This document shows, in pieces, positions 46,963 through 56,732 of a stretch of 64,000 nucleotides of DNA (position 1 is its first letter; each line of letters opens with the position of its first letter). The notes beneath the pieces were generated by a model. That model did not search any database. It had not been told where the DNA came from and saw only the letters and a program-made list of their open reading frames with translations. The stretch spans positions 11,330-75,329 of IMG/VR virus record IMGVR_UViG_3300046455_000477; one strand, 5' to 3'. The position numbers were made by a program, and so were the translations under genes. This DNA is from a virus.

Positions 46963-47652
46963 CTAGGCTACTATCGGTTCCGGGGGCGTGGCGCCTGTAG
47001 CCTCCGTCTGGGGCGTCGCAACGGGGTGATCAGGGGGCGTGACCGGGGGGCTAGCGGCGGCGCGGTGCCGTAGGATGCTGCGATGAACGTATCGACAAGA
47101 GTAGGCATCGGCGAGGGCGTCGTGGGCGTTCGTTATTTCCTTCCGGGCGAAGTGGCGGTATGCCTCACTCAGCTTGGGTGCCTTGAAACCGTCGATCGAG
47201 TAACCGCCTCGCGACGGTATCCCGACGATCGCCGCCGACTCCCGCATCGTGCAGAACAGCTCGGGCCACTCCAGCCTGGGAACGCGCTGCACGCCGCACA
47301 CGTGGTCCATAACGGTGAGATCAAACTGAATGTTATGCGCGACGACGACGCGCGCGATACTCAGCATCTGACGGAACCGGCCGATGATGAAATCTGGTGG
47401 CCAGCCGTAGGCGTCGCACACCTCCGGCGTTATGCCGTGCAGGTCGATCACTCGCTGAGCGATGGGGTTCTGCCTGATTCCCTGCCAGTGCCGCTGGCTG
47501 ATGATGCAGGACAGCGTTGTGACGACGCGGTTCTCCGTTGCAAGGATCGCCGCGACCTGCACCGGCAGGGCGGGGGAGCCTCGCTCGTGATAGTCCGCCG
47601 TCTCGGTGTCGAAGTAGAGCGCGGGCCAGCCCCCCGGTTGAGCTCCACTCAT
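46963..47652 (-). CDS. DEDDh 3'-5' exonuclease (DnaQ-like)
   Basis: FDTET, HGIT, VAHNIQFD, CTM and AHDALAD motifs; ATG 47652. Confidence 0.9.
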   Translation of the reverse strand: MSGAQPGGWPALYFDTETADYHERGSPALPVQVAAILATENRVVTTLSCIISQRHWQGIRQNPIAQRVIDLHGITPEVCDAYGWPPDFIIGRFRQMLSIARVVVAHNIQFDLTVMDHVCGVQRVPRLEWPELFCTMRESAAIVGIPSRGGYSIDGFKAPKLSEAYRHFARKEITNAHDALADAYSCRYVHRSILRHRAAASPPVTPPDHPVATPQTEATGATPPEPIVA

Positions 47653-49886
47653 CGCACGTCCTCCTCTATCGGGCACACGCCGGACGCGCACGCCAGCGCG
47701 GCGTCGTCGTAGGCCTCCCGCTCCACCGGAGCGAGGATACGGTTCATCAGGTCGGCGTACTCCGTTGCCGTGATGGGCTGCTCCGGGACGTATCCGTAGA
47801 GCTTCTCGGTGGCGCGCCAGTCCGACGAGGGCATCACTGCACAGCAGCGAATGCGTGGCTGCCACTCCAGAATCATCTGCATGAACTCCGGATAACTCAC
47901 CCGATCAGGCTGATACTTGAGCGTGTAGCTGACCTGATTGTTTCGGCCGCGCTCCTCGCCAAGCCAGTACTTCTCGAGCAGCATGAGCCAGCGAAAGTTC
48001 TCCTCCATCGTCGTGTCGTCGGCCGACGTGACGTTGTCACCCATCAGCTCGGCGATCGGCTGTCGGGTCGGGAATCCAACGACGACCTGACCGTGGTAGC
48101 GCTCCCCGATGTCCTTCACCGGATACCCGCGCGCAACCAGATCCGGAAGGTCGGCGGCGGTCTTGTTGTACTGGACCCACCTGAGATAGTAGGGACTGGC
48201 TGGCAGGTGACCACCCTCGGTGCAGTTCATCACCTTGGAGACGGTTCCGCTAGGCTTGATGGTCGTGACCGTGTGAGGGGTGACCATACCCACGACGGCG
48301 GAGTACTCGGCCGCAGCGGTCTCCGCAGCGCTGCGCAGCTCCCCGACGAAGTTCCAGAACTCGGTGGACCGGGGGGTTGGATCCCGTATCAGGTCCTGGA
48401 ACGTGAGGCCGAAGAGGTTCCAGGCAAACTCGTGGATTCCGGTCAGACTGACCCCGATGCGGTTCGTTCGCTGAACCTCGCTGGCGTAGTCGGATTTCAT
48501 CAGGTTGCAGCGCACGAGGAACCGCGCCATCAGGTCGGCGGCGTCCAGCGCCTCCAGCTTGCTGTGGACCTGGGCGAGGCAGAGGTCTCCTATAACGCAG
48601 TAGCCTCCGTAGAGGGCTAGGACGATCTCTCCGCAGGGGTTCGTTATGAACTGATAGGGAACGCGCCGGACGTGGGTCAGGACGTTGTCGACCATCTCCC
48701 GCGTTCGCCGATGCAGCGACGGATACGTGTCCAGGCTGATGTAGTTGCTGCCGTCGATGGCGTCCATTCCATCCCGGTTGTCGTTGAGCATGTCGACGTT
48801 GATGAACCCCGGCTCCCCGGTCCGGTCCCAGTAGGCGGCGTTCACGGCGGCTTCGAACACCCGGCGAGCATGCGTGTGCTGGGGCTCCGCCGCCTCCCGC
48901 CAGAACTTCTCGTCTACCAGCACCGAGTTATTGGCTGACCACAGGAACCCGCCGCGCTTCAGGTCGATGAACTCGATCACGTCACGGTCCCGCCAGTACT
49001 TCGTCGCCATGCGGGCGCTGCGTCGGGCACCGCCGACGTGGACGCACGCCGCGAGGTAGTGGTCAATGAACATGGCCTGCTTCCAGGGGGCCATCCCGGA
49101 GCCCTTCACGGAGGCCACCCGCTGAAGTGCCCACATTGTGGGGATCGGGCCTGACGACGGGCGGTTCTGCATACCCCGGATGGGCATCCCCTTCCCGCGC
49201 ACCTCCGAGAAGTCGAAGATGAAGAGCTTGTCGGCGTGCTTCTCCTGCCAGGCGGCGGTCTCGAGGATCTCCACGACCTTCGTCCAGCCGTCCCGACTGT
49301 CCTCCACAACGAACCACCGGACGTCCTCGCTGTCCGACGGATACTTGTGCCGGGCCTCGCGCAGCGGCTCCATGGATCCCTGGAAGAGGTCGGGGTGGAA
49401 GTCCGGGTGAGAGTCCGACATAACGAGGCGCACGTCCGGCATGCGATCCCAGTTCACGCGGCAGGTGGCCGACGAGTAGTCCCGCCCCACCCCCGCACCG
49501 CACAGAAGGAGCTTGAACGACATGAAGCTGAACAGAGCGGTCGCGCAGTTGGAGTGCAGCTCCATGATGCGATTCACCTGACCAGCGTCGCCGTGCTGAA
49601 GATGTCGGCCAGAGGTGGAGAACACCCCCGCCCTGGCCAGCTCCAGCGTTCTGTGGAGCTCGTTGCGGGCGCGGGCGGCGTCCAGTGCCGCGTAGCGCTG
49701 CGTTGCGAGGCTTCGGTCGAGCCGAGGGTCCAGCGCGAAGTTCCCCCGGACAACGTCCTCGATGCGCTCCGCCCAGGTCTGCAGCCGCCCGGAGGGCGTC
49801 GGCCTGGAGTACTTGTTCTCGAACACGGCCCGAGGCATACCCGCCGGAACCACGAACTCTCTTGCTGAGTCTACTGCGTCATTCAT
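47649..49886 (-). CDS. nrdJ: Class II (AdoCbl-dependent) ribonucleotide reductase
   Basis: SNC, TNPCGEI, GGYCV, NRIGVSLTG, TTIKPSGTVS and C-terminal CASGVCP; no small subunit gene nearby. Confidence 0.88.
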   Translation of the reverse strand: MNDAVDSAREFVVPAGMPRAVFENKYSRPTPSGRLQTWAERIEDVVRGNFALDPRLDRSLATQRYAALDAARARNELHRTLELARAGVFSTSGRHLQHGDAGQVNRIMELHSNCATALFSFMSFKLLLCGAGVGRDYSSATCRVNWDRMPDVRLVMSDSHPDFHPDLFQGSMEPLREARHKYPSDSEDVRWFVVEDSRDGWTKVVEILETAAWQEKHADKLFIFDFSEVRGKGMPIRGMQNRPSSGPIPTMWALQRVASVKGSGMAPWKQAMFIDHYLAACVHVGGARRSARMATKYWRDRDVIEFIDLKRGGFLWSANNSVLVDEKFWREAAEPQHTHARRVFEAAVNAAYWDRTGEPGFINVDMLNDNRDGMDAIDGSNYISLDTYPSLHRRTREMVDNVLTHVRRVPYQFITNPCGEIVLALYGGYCVIGDLCLAQVHSKLEALDAADLMARFLVRCNLMKSDYASEVQRTNRIGVSLTGIHEFAWNLFGLTFQDLIRDPTPRSTEFWNFVGELRSAAETAAAEYSAVVGMVTPHTVTTIKPSGTVSKVMNCTEGGHLPASPYYLRWVQYNKTAADLPDLVARGYPVKDIGERYHGQVVVGFPTRQPIAELMGDNVTSADDTTMEENFRWLMLLEKYWLGEERGRNNQVSYTLKYQPDRVSYPEFMQMILEWQPRIRCCAVMPSSDWRATEKLYGYVPEQPITATEYADLMNRILAPVEREAYDDAALACASGVCPIEEDVR

Positions 49887-49902
49887 ACTACCCGACCCCT
49901 TG

Positions 49903-51459
49903 CTATAGTGGACTGTCCGCTGTGTCCGGCGTATCCAGTGGCTCCGTTTGCCACGAGAATTGATCCTCTCGCAGTCGCCACGTTCGCACGTTCTTTCCCT
50001 TTACCTTGAATTGATCACTCGTACCACCCATCTCGCGTAGCCTCGCTGTTAGCCAACTGCGTAACGATATGTCGCGAGTAGGCGACGCGAACTTCTCCAG
50101 CTCCAGGGAGCGCTCCAGATCCTGGATACGGAAGTGGACGATACCGTGCTCGGTATCCAGCCACGGCACCCCCTGCACGATGCTGTCGCGCGTCTCCGCC
50201 GCGCTCCGGCTTGTCACGAACTGATCCAGGAGCTCCATGAACCTTCCTCCGGAACTAGATTCCTTCGGCACCTCTATGTGGATAGCGTTCTCCATTATCT
50301 TCTGGGTCCAGGACGTCCAGTCCGTCTGCTTGTACAAAGGCATTATTATGTGGTGCTGTGTTGTAGCGGCCAACCGAAATCCATAAACATTAAGCAGCTG
50401 ATGAGAAGTGATCTCCACGGTTTGGCCCGTCTTTAGGACGACAAAATAGACGGGCGTTTCGGTCTTAAGGACACTGGCGCTCTCCAGTATCGACACCGAA
50501 CCAGCATGGCCGTTAACTCCGTGCTCGCGCGTGCGACACAGGGCAACGTTGCAGCGCATGGACAACGGCTTCTCGGTGCACTTGTAGTTGTAGTCCTTCT
50601 TCCTCAGGCTCCGTATGATACTGTCCAGTTCCTGAGGGGGGAACGGCGGATCCCCACCGTGCTCCCTCACCCAGTCCCTCAGCAGCGCCTCCCAATTCTC
50701 CGGAGACATCTTCTTAGCCAGAATACCCAGCCCGAGCACACCGCTGTTCCGTGTTCCGGGGGGGAACCCGGTTGCCACGAGGCTCTCGAGGCAGGGCGGG
50801 CCTGACCCGAACCCTTCAACCGGCTGACTGAGCCTCAGGTCGTGCAGCCCACGCCTGGAGAGCCGCACGGACTCGGCTAGGTCGAGGAAGGCGGCGGCGG
50901 TCACGCCTCTTCCGTCTGGACGAACCGCGTGGCGCGTCGTCGCGTCACCACCATAGTAGGGCATGTTCAGCCAGGAGCCCAGGTCGCCACGCTCCGCGAG
51001 CACCGTCATCTGCTTGGGAAATATCTCGCTGTCGCCGTGCCCCAGAGCTGCGGCTAGCTCACGAAGGCGCGGGACGACCTCCGCCGCCGATATCGGCTCC
51101 GAAAAGAACAGATACACGTGAGCACCGCCGCTCTTTGTTCGGCAGACGATGGCCGGGATACCCGCCTTCACGACAGCGGCAGCGAGGTCCGCGACAACGA
51201 TTGTGTAGTCGTCAACATCGACCGCGCCCCACAGGCAGGCGTCGTCCTCCCGTATGGGAACGATCCCTAGTGGCTTCGCACCAGCGAGGTGCTGCTTCCA
51301 TAACGCTACAGTCGCGGGGGATCGAACGGTCGTGGCCGTCCGCTTTATCGTCCGCTTCCCCCCCGGCTCCGCGTCCTCCTCCGCATAGGTTCCGTGGGAT
51401 CTCTCGGCCCCAGCGAATATACGCATGAACCTCTCGGCTAGTGATGCGTCGTCGCTCAC
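49903..51459 (-). CDS. AEP primase-polymerase with C-terminal helical domains
   Basis: WGAVDVDDY, RTKSGGAHVYLF, EIFPKQ, LNMPY and PPCL..GTRN motifs. Confidence 0.85.
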   Translation of the reverse strand: MSDDASLAERFMRIFAGAERSHGTYAEEDAEPGGKRTIKRTATTVRSPATVALWKQHLAGAKPLGIVPIREDDACLWGAVDVDDYTIVVADLAAAVVKAGIPAIVCRTKSGGAHVYLFFSEPISAAEVVPRLRELAAALGHGDSEIFPKQMTVLAERGDLGSWLNMPYYGGDATTRHAVRPDGRGVTAAAFLDLAESVRLSRRGLHDLRLSQPVEGFGSGPPCLESLVATGFPPGTRNSGVLGLGILAKKMSPENWEALLRDWVREHGGDPPFPPQELDSIIRSLRKKDYNYKCTEKPLSMRCNVALCRTREHGVNGHAGSVSILESASVLKTETPVYFVVLKTGQTVEITSHQLLNVYGFRLAATTQHHIIMPLYKQTDWTSWTQKIMENAIHIEVPKESSSGGRFMELLDQFVTSRSAAETRDSIVQGVPWLDTEHGIVHFRIQDLERSLELEKFASPTRDISLRSWLTARLREMGGTSDQFKVKGKNVRTWRLREDQFSWQTEPLDTPDTADSPL

Positions 51460-51554
51460 AGTTGATGTGGTGTGCGTCGCACGGACACCCCTCCCCTCCG
51501 ACGGATTCCGGTGCCGGAGGGCTCCCCTGCCCCCGGCGACCGGTCGGCGCTAGC

Positions 51555-52532
51555 TCAGAGGGGGCTTTCGTCAGCCAGATCAGCGTCTATCACGACGCCG
51601 TTGCTGGATTCTTCCTCGTGGACCATTCGGGCCTTCACGCCACCCGCCCTAGTAGCTTCCACGAAGTGCTTGTAGGCTTCCAGGAAGGCGGCTGGGCACA
51701 GCGTTCTGGCATCGCCCGCATCCCGCAGTTCCTTGCAGGGCTGACCATTCTTGTCCAGGAACTCGAACTTATAGTTGTACCAGTCTCCGGATTCGTTATT
51801 ACGCCAAACCGTTTTCATCCGGACAATCGTCTGGAAGGAGGGCCGGATCGCGCCGTTCGGCAGCTTGATCTTACCCAGGGAGCCATTGAGCTCCTGGTGG
51901 GACCTCCAGTTCGTACTCGCCATCGACACGGCAACGGGCCGAAGCTCCTCCACCAGCAGGAGGTGATGAACGGCGGTCTTGACCAGCTGATGGCCATTGG
52001 GAAGCATGCGAACCTCGCCGCGTCCCTGGTCCTTGGGGACCAAACGGACCTGATTGACCAGGGGCGTGTCGAACGGATGGGTGGCCTTCAGACCCTTGTC
52101 GGCGGAGCCGCGCAGCCCCCACTCAAGCTCCAGGGACTCCGAGTAGAACTGTATGAACAGGAGCCCGTCGCCAGCCTCGGTGTCCCAGTACTGTTTCGTG
52201 GAGGAATCGAAGACGCTACCCGGCTCCAGTCCCTCGATGTAGGCTGGATCGCGCTTGTTGACCTCCGGAGAGCCCTTCTGAGCTATCTTCAGGAAGGACG
52301 TGAGCGTGTCCTCGGGGCGCAGGGATACTCCGGCCCCAGCGAACTCGCTGAGGTCCCCCATCAAGTTATCGGGGATGGCTACCGACTGGTTCCGGAGATG
52401 GGCAAGCACCTGACCGGGGGGAGGGTTGGTTGTGGGTGGATCCGTGGCTTCTGACACTGTGGGCTGTCCCTTGTTGGTTGTTGTTGCCTGTTTGGTCGGC
52501 TTCTGCTTCGTGGTGCTCACTTGCGTACTCAT
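51555..52532 (-). CDS. Putative single-stranded DNA-binding protein
   Basis: ATG 52532; LKIAQKGSPEV...EW...NESGDWY; acidic tail; lies next to the primase. Confidence 0.6.
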   Translation of the reverse strand: MSTQVSTTKQKPTKQATTTNKGQPTVSEATDPPTTNPPPGQVLAHLRNQSVAIPDNLMGDLSEFAGAGVSLRPEDTLTSFLKIAQKGSPEVNKRDPAYIEGLEPGSVFDSSTKQYWDTEAGDGLLFIQFYSESLELEWGLRGSADKGLKATHPFDTPLVNQVRLVPKDQGRGEVRMLPNGHQLVKTAVHHLLLVEELRPVAVSMASTNWRSHQELNGSLGKIKLPNGAIRPSFQTIVRMKTVWRNNESGDWYNYKFEFLDKNGQPCKELRDAGDARTLCPAAFLEAYKHFVEATRAGGVKARMVHEEESSNGVVIDADLADESPL

Positions 52533-53194
52533 CTCCGTGCTTTCCGCTTTGTGATGGAGGAGATGCGCCGCTTTGTGATCTCGCAGACGCGCCCGACCGA
52601 CGCTCCGAGAAGCTCCAGATCGATCGGCGGTCGGCCGCGTCGCATTTCCTCGTCGAAGAGGAAGCTCTTGAGCCAGGCTGTGAGCGTTGCGTGATGAACC
52701 GTCACGTCCAGTTCGACGGGCGGAGGCGTGCTGTTGCCGTAGCCTTTCTCCAGCCAAGCGGTGGCGGCTGCACGGAAGCTGCGCGCCTTGTCCAGCTCCT
52801 CCCTGGGAAAGTTCACGACAACGCTGGCCTTCGGCAGCGATCCGCCGCCCAGCTCCTCCAGGTGAGCGAATATGGCGTCCCTGACGTCGTCCGGCGTGTC
52901 CTTCCGTATGGAGGCAAACACCCAGGGCTTGAGAACGATGTCGACCCCGGCCTCCGGCAGCCCGATAACGTCGGTGCCGGTTTCGTCCATCAGCTCCGGG
53001 ATGACCGTTTTGGCCAGCCTGTCCCGACGCTTTTTCATTTCTTCCACGAGCTTCTCGGCGCGGCGATGGGCGGCGTCCAGCCGAACAAGTTCCTGACAGC
53101 GTTGACGAATGTCGCCGATCCGACCGTCCTCGGGTAGGTTCCCGAGATCTATCGCGTATGCTTGCTCTCGAGCAAATAATTCCTGAATAGACAT
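52529..53194 (-). CDS. Conserved replication-region protein
   Basis: IPELMDE.G and VHHATLTAW pattern; upstream of the SSB-like gene. Confidence 0.6.
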   Translation of the reverse strand: MSIQELFAREQAYAIDLGNLPEDGRIGDIRQRCQELVRLDAAHRRAEKLVEEMKKRRDRLAKTVIPELMDETGTDVIGLPEAGVDIVLKPWVFASIRKDTPDDVRDAIFAHLEELGGGSLPKASVVVNFPREELDKARSFRAAATAWLEKGYGNSTPPPVELDVTVHHATLTAWLKSFLFDEEMRRGRPPIDLELLGASVGRVCEITKRRISSITKRKARR

Positions 53195-53243
53195 AGCCTG
53201 GCGGGCTCCTGTTTCGGTGACGCGGGATACGTCACTGGGGTTA

Positions 53244-53272
53244 ACTCTAACCGGTCCAACGGCTTCGCGATA
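53244..53272 (-). promoter_or_regulatory. Promoter for the replication operon (TATCGC-N17-TAGAGT)
   Basis: Same -10 element and spacing as 44664-44692. Confidence 0.5.
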
Positions 53273-53314
53273 GCCTTAAACCGCCGTGACCGGGGGGATG
53301 TAATAATGCGTGGG

Positions 53315-54121
53315 TTACTCCGTTGCTTTTATTTGCGGCATGAAGTCCAGGTGATAGTAGAGCGGAGAGATGTGCCCGATGAGGCCCTTCCTCGCAAGCG
53401 TTGACATGTGGTGCGAGGCGGTTCCGGTCGGAATATCCAGATACTCGGAGACATCCGCCGAGCCCATCCCCGCCGAGCCGCTCTCCTTCAGCACGTACAT
53501 GATGTTGCTGTCCAGGTCCGGACGCCGCTGGTGCGTTCTGAAGAATTTCTTGCTATTCCTTTTGTTGTTACGACTCGCTGGACTCGTGCCGCTCAGCGAA
53601 GGGTTTCCGAGGAACTCCCTGCCTGACTCCGTTATGTGATAGCCACTGTTCTGGTTAAGGACGCTTCCATCCCGCGACAGGAGACCGAGGCGTCCGCGAA
53701 CAGCTTCGATCGGCATACCGAGCTTTCTGGATATCTGATCGGACGTCGGGGCGTAGCCCGATACCCCCTTCGCTATCACGCCCAGTATATCTCGTAGGTG
53801 ATTAGTTGTGTCGAAGTTGTATTTGCTGAGGGTGGGACCGGAGGCGGAGGGTGGCTGTGGAGTGGGTTGCTGAGGGGGCGGCGGCTCGGCCTTAGTATAG
53901 CGGCGCGGTTGGAGGTGGATGGTGGGGGATGGGTCGGGTCGCGGCGGCTCCTGCGTCGGGACTGGGGGGCGTCCGGGGGGTGGAGCCGATGAAAGGTGGC
54001 TGAGGAAGGCGTCGAGACCCCTGATCGTCTCCTGGAGCTCCAGCAGCTTCACCATCAATTCGTCTCGGTATCGCAGCGTCTCGGCGTAGGCGGCTTCTTT
54101 GGCGGATTCATAATGTGGCAT
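53315..54121 (-). CDS. Putative regulator with two winged-helix domains
   Basis: SDQISRKLGMPIEAVRGRLGLL...YHITESG and SADVSEYLDIPTGTASHHMSTLARKGLI. Confidence 0.65.
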   Translation of the reverse strand: MPHYESAKEAAYAETLRYRDELMVKLLELQETIRGLDAFLSHLSSAPPPGRPPVPTQEPPRPDPSPTIHLQPRRYTKAEPPPPQQPTPQPPSASGPTLSKYNFDTTNHLRDILGVIAKGVSGYAPTSDQISRKLGMPIEAVRGRLGLLSRDGSVLNQNSGYHITESGREFLGNPSLSGTSPASRNNKRNSKKFFRTHQRRPDLDSNIMYVLKESGSAGMGSADVSEYLDIPTGTASHHMSTLARKGLIGHISPLYYHLDFMPQIKATE

Positions 54122-54143
54122 GGTGGGTTCCTGGCGGGTTTGG

Positions 54144-54506
54144 TTAGGTTATGGGATCTTCAATATCCAGTATAAGCATTAGGGTTTCGGCTCTCATGAA
54201 ATCGCGTTCGCGGATAGCATCGTGATACTGGGAATGGTCTCCGGATTCCAGGCTCTTGGCGGCTATATCTGTTAGTAGTCGATACTTGTCACGAGTTTTA
54301 TTGGCGCGCTTCAGCCATCTATCGTGGTCGGCTTTGGCTTTTTTGGTTTTTGCATCGGTTTTTGCCTTAGCTCTAACCTCAGCCAAAGCTTCGGCTTTCT
54401 TCCTACGCTCTACAACGGTTTCCATCCATTTCTCGCGAGAAGCTTTATACTGAAGTTTCATCCACTCCTCGCGAGTAATGCGAATTCCATTAACGTGATA
54501 CGCCAC
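54144..54506 (-). CDS. Hypothetical basic protein
   Basis: GGAGG RBS and GTG start; 120 aa. Confidence 0.55.
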   Translation of the reverse strand: MAYHVNGIRITREEWMKLQYKASREKWMETVVERRKKAEALAEVRAKAKTDAKTKKAKADHDRWLKRANKTRDKYRLLTDIAAKSLESGDHSQYHDAIRERDFMRAETLMLILDIEDPIT

Positions 54507-54559
54507 AGTGGCCTCCCAGTAGGGTCCAGGCGGATACTATGCGGCGTCCACCGACCGGG

Positions 54560-55460
54560 GGGAAAGATAATTCGGTTGGTGACGATTTTTGTCTAGGTTA
54601 TGGCGAAGGGAGCGGTTAAGTATAGGGTGCTGACCTTCACCAGGCGCAGCGAGGATCCTGGCGGACCTCCATTTACTCGGGCCACTACCCTGATTTTACA
54701 GGGGGTGGCCCGAGACCGTTTTGGGGCCGTTCGGCGCTACCTTCTACGGGCCTATCGCCACTTCTCGTTAGGGATAAGTAGTTGAAACTAAAGGAAACAT
54801 ATTTTTGGTTACGTTATAAAGGTAGCGCCGAGGTAGTGAGGCCGACGCTACCTGAAAAACCTAGGTTTGATCACTGCAGCGCGCCGAGGATTTACTTGGT
54901 TCGTTACGAAAACCCGGGAAAGGTAGTGAGTAGCGTCGGTTCGGGGTCGGGTAATTTTTTTGAAAGGCCGAGAGTAACCTTTTACCTCGCTACCTCGCTA
55001 CCTTTCGGGGGCCGGTCCCTGGTACTAGCCGATTAAAATAGGTATCGGTTAGGGTATCGGTTAGCTGGCGTACCGCTACCTTTTTTCGGTAATCGCTCCA
55101 CTGCAGTGATAAACGGAATTTATCTACCGATACCCTTGGTTCGGTCAGGAAACGGATATCCGGGGGGAATCCGTTCTATCCCTATAGCATATACGCGCGA
55201 AGGAAATGGTATGGTTTTTACCGCCTACGCGTGCTTAAAGGTTATCGTAACGATCTACCGAAACGTTCCCCCCGGTTAGCGTAATGAATGAAATTTTAAC
55301 AGCGGAAACGTCGGTTTATGGTGAGTTTGTCAGCCGAAGGAAAACCGATGAAACCCGATAGGACGGGGCAAAGTTCTGTGATTTTCGGTAAATGGTGAGT
55401 TTTCTGTGGGGTAGAAGGTTAGGTTTTGATTATTTCGGTAAAATCTAACTGTTAAGTAAC
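54560..55460. other. Divergent non-coding control region, putative replication origin
   Basis: AT-richer than its flanks; many GCTACC(T)/(A)GGTAG copies in both orientations; tandem GGTATCGGTTAG. Confidence 0.55.
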
Positions 55461-55469
55461 GTTTTTTAG

Positions 55470-55498
55470 TTGTGGAATTCGGGCTATCGGCGTATAGT
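55470..55498 (+). promoter_or_regulatory. Sigma70-like promoter TTGTGG-N17-TATAGT
   Basis: Ends 32 nt upstream of ATG 55531. Confidence 0.6.
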
Positions 55499-55530
55499 AG
55501 TGATGAAGGGGACTATTTCGGGGGCTTAAC

Positions 55531-56028
55531 ATGCTAAAAGAGCAACTCGTTTACCTTCTCCAAAAGGCAGGGGGGGTTATGTGGATGATGCCGGGGGGCG
55601 AGCTGGGCGTTCTGGGTATGGCGGTTGGCGGGTTTGAGACGGCAAATGATCCCCGGTTGGCCTACGGATACGCGTCGGCTTCATCGGTTCGGTTGCGACC
55701 GTCGGCTGCCGATATCTCCCTGATGGACGAGGTGAGCAAGTGGTTATCTCTCATACCCGATACGATGAGGCCCGAGCGATACGTTGTTGCTCACCGTATG
55801 CTATGGAACGTTGAGCGAAACCGTGCAGTGTGGACGTACCGGAGGCTGTCGCAGAAGATGCACACCTCCCCCCGGCTCGTTCGTTTCATGGAGGATCGGG
55901 GCGTAGAGACGATTCATCGGGAGCTTTCTAAAACAAAATCGGTTTCAGTAAAATTAGGGCTTTACTTACGGGGATGGGACGGGCCAAGTTTCAGTTACGC
56001 TGAAAGCGCTGCCTCGGTTCGTCATTGA
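55531..56028 (+). CDS. DUF6362-like putative late transcription regulator
   Basis: RLRPSAADISLMDEV..WLSLI plus C-terminal HTH-like segment; first gene of the late arm. Confidence 0.6.
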   Translation: MLKEQLVYLLQKAGGVMWMMPGGELGVLGMAVGGFETANDPRLAYGYASASSVRLRPSAADISLMDEVSKWLSLIPDTMRPERYVVAHRMLWNVERNRAVWTYRRLSQKMHTSPRLVRFMEDRGVETIHRELSKTKSVSVKLGLYLRGWDGPSFSYAESAASVRH

Positions 56029-56486
56029 CGAGGACTAAAAAGATAAAACCAACAACCAACCCGAAACGGTTGAACCGGGTGGACAAGCCGAAAGAGCAGA
56101 ACCAGCCAGCCAGAGCACCGGGTCGTCCGATAGGTACCAGAGGAGCTCCGGTTTTAGAGCGAGAACAACGACTCGCGGAAGCGATGGCCGCTGCCACTGA
56201 GGCTATCGGCGACGAGGCTATCGCCACCATGACACCCAAGGACGTCATGCTGTTCGTCATGCGGCTGTCGGCCAGGCAGGGTTGGTGGTTCAAGGCCGCC
56301 GAGATAGCCGAGAAGGTCGCTCCATACATCCACGCCAAGTTGGCGAGCACGGTTATAGACGATCAGCGGCGGCGCTCTGCAGCCCAGTTTAGCGACGAGG
56401 AGCTGCTGGCCCTGGCTAGCTCATCGGCTGTCATCGACGCGACGGTAGCGGACGACTCCAGACCCCTGGAATCGGAGATCAACTAA
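56025..56486 (+). CDS. terS: Terminase small subunit
   Basis: GRPIG, TPKDVML and AEKVAPYIHAKL motifs; upstream of TerL. Confidence 0.65.
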   Translation: MTRTKKIKPTTNPKRLNRVDKPKEQNQPARAPGRPIGTRGAPVLEREQRLAEAMAAATEAIGDEAIATMTPKDVMLFVMRLSARQGWWFKAAEIAEKVAPYIHAKLASTVIDDQRRRSAAQFSDEELLALASSSAVIDATVADDSRPLESEIN

Positions 56487-56502
56487 TCCGGAGTAACCCC
56501 TG

Positions 56503-56703
56503 ATGTCACAAGCTCCAAAACCAGTTCCCGATGAAGCCGCCAAGCGGGGTGGCGTTGATGTCAGTAAAACCGATGAGCAACGGGAAAGCGAAGCTCTAGT
56601 TGTGTCTCAGGCTATTGAGCGCGAAGCGGCCAAAGCAGCCGAGGCAACCGAGGAATCACCCCCCGGTCTCCAGCCGGTTTACTCCAACCCTAACCAGACG
56701 TAG
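56503..56703 (+). CDS. Hypothetical protein
   Basis: GGAG RBS; 66 aa. Confidence 0.5.
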   Translation: MSQAPKPVPDEAAKRGGVDVSKTDEQRESEALVVSQAIEREAAKAAEATEESPPGLQPVYSNPNQT

Positions 56704-56732
56704 CATCGGCTCACTAAGCAGGGAAACTCACC

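Noticed and set aside
54600-55036. ORFs 54600-54785 and 54782-55036
   Set aside because: They lie in the repeat-rich, AT-richer control region, with atypical codon usage and no convincing RBS.
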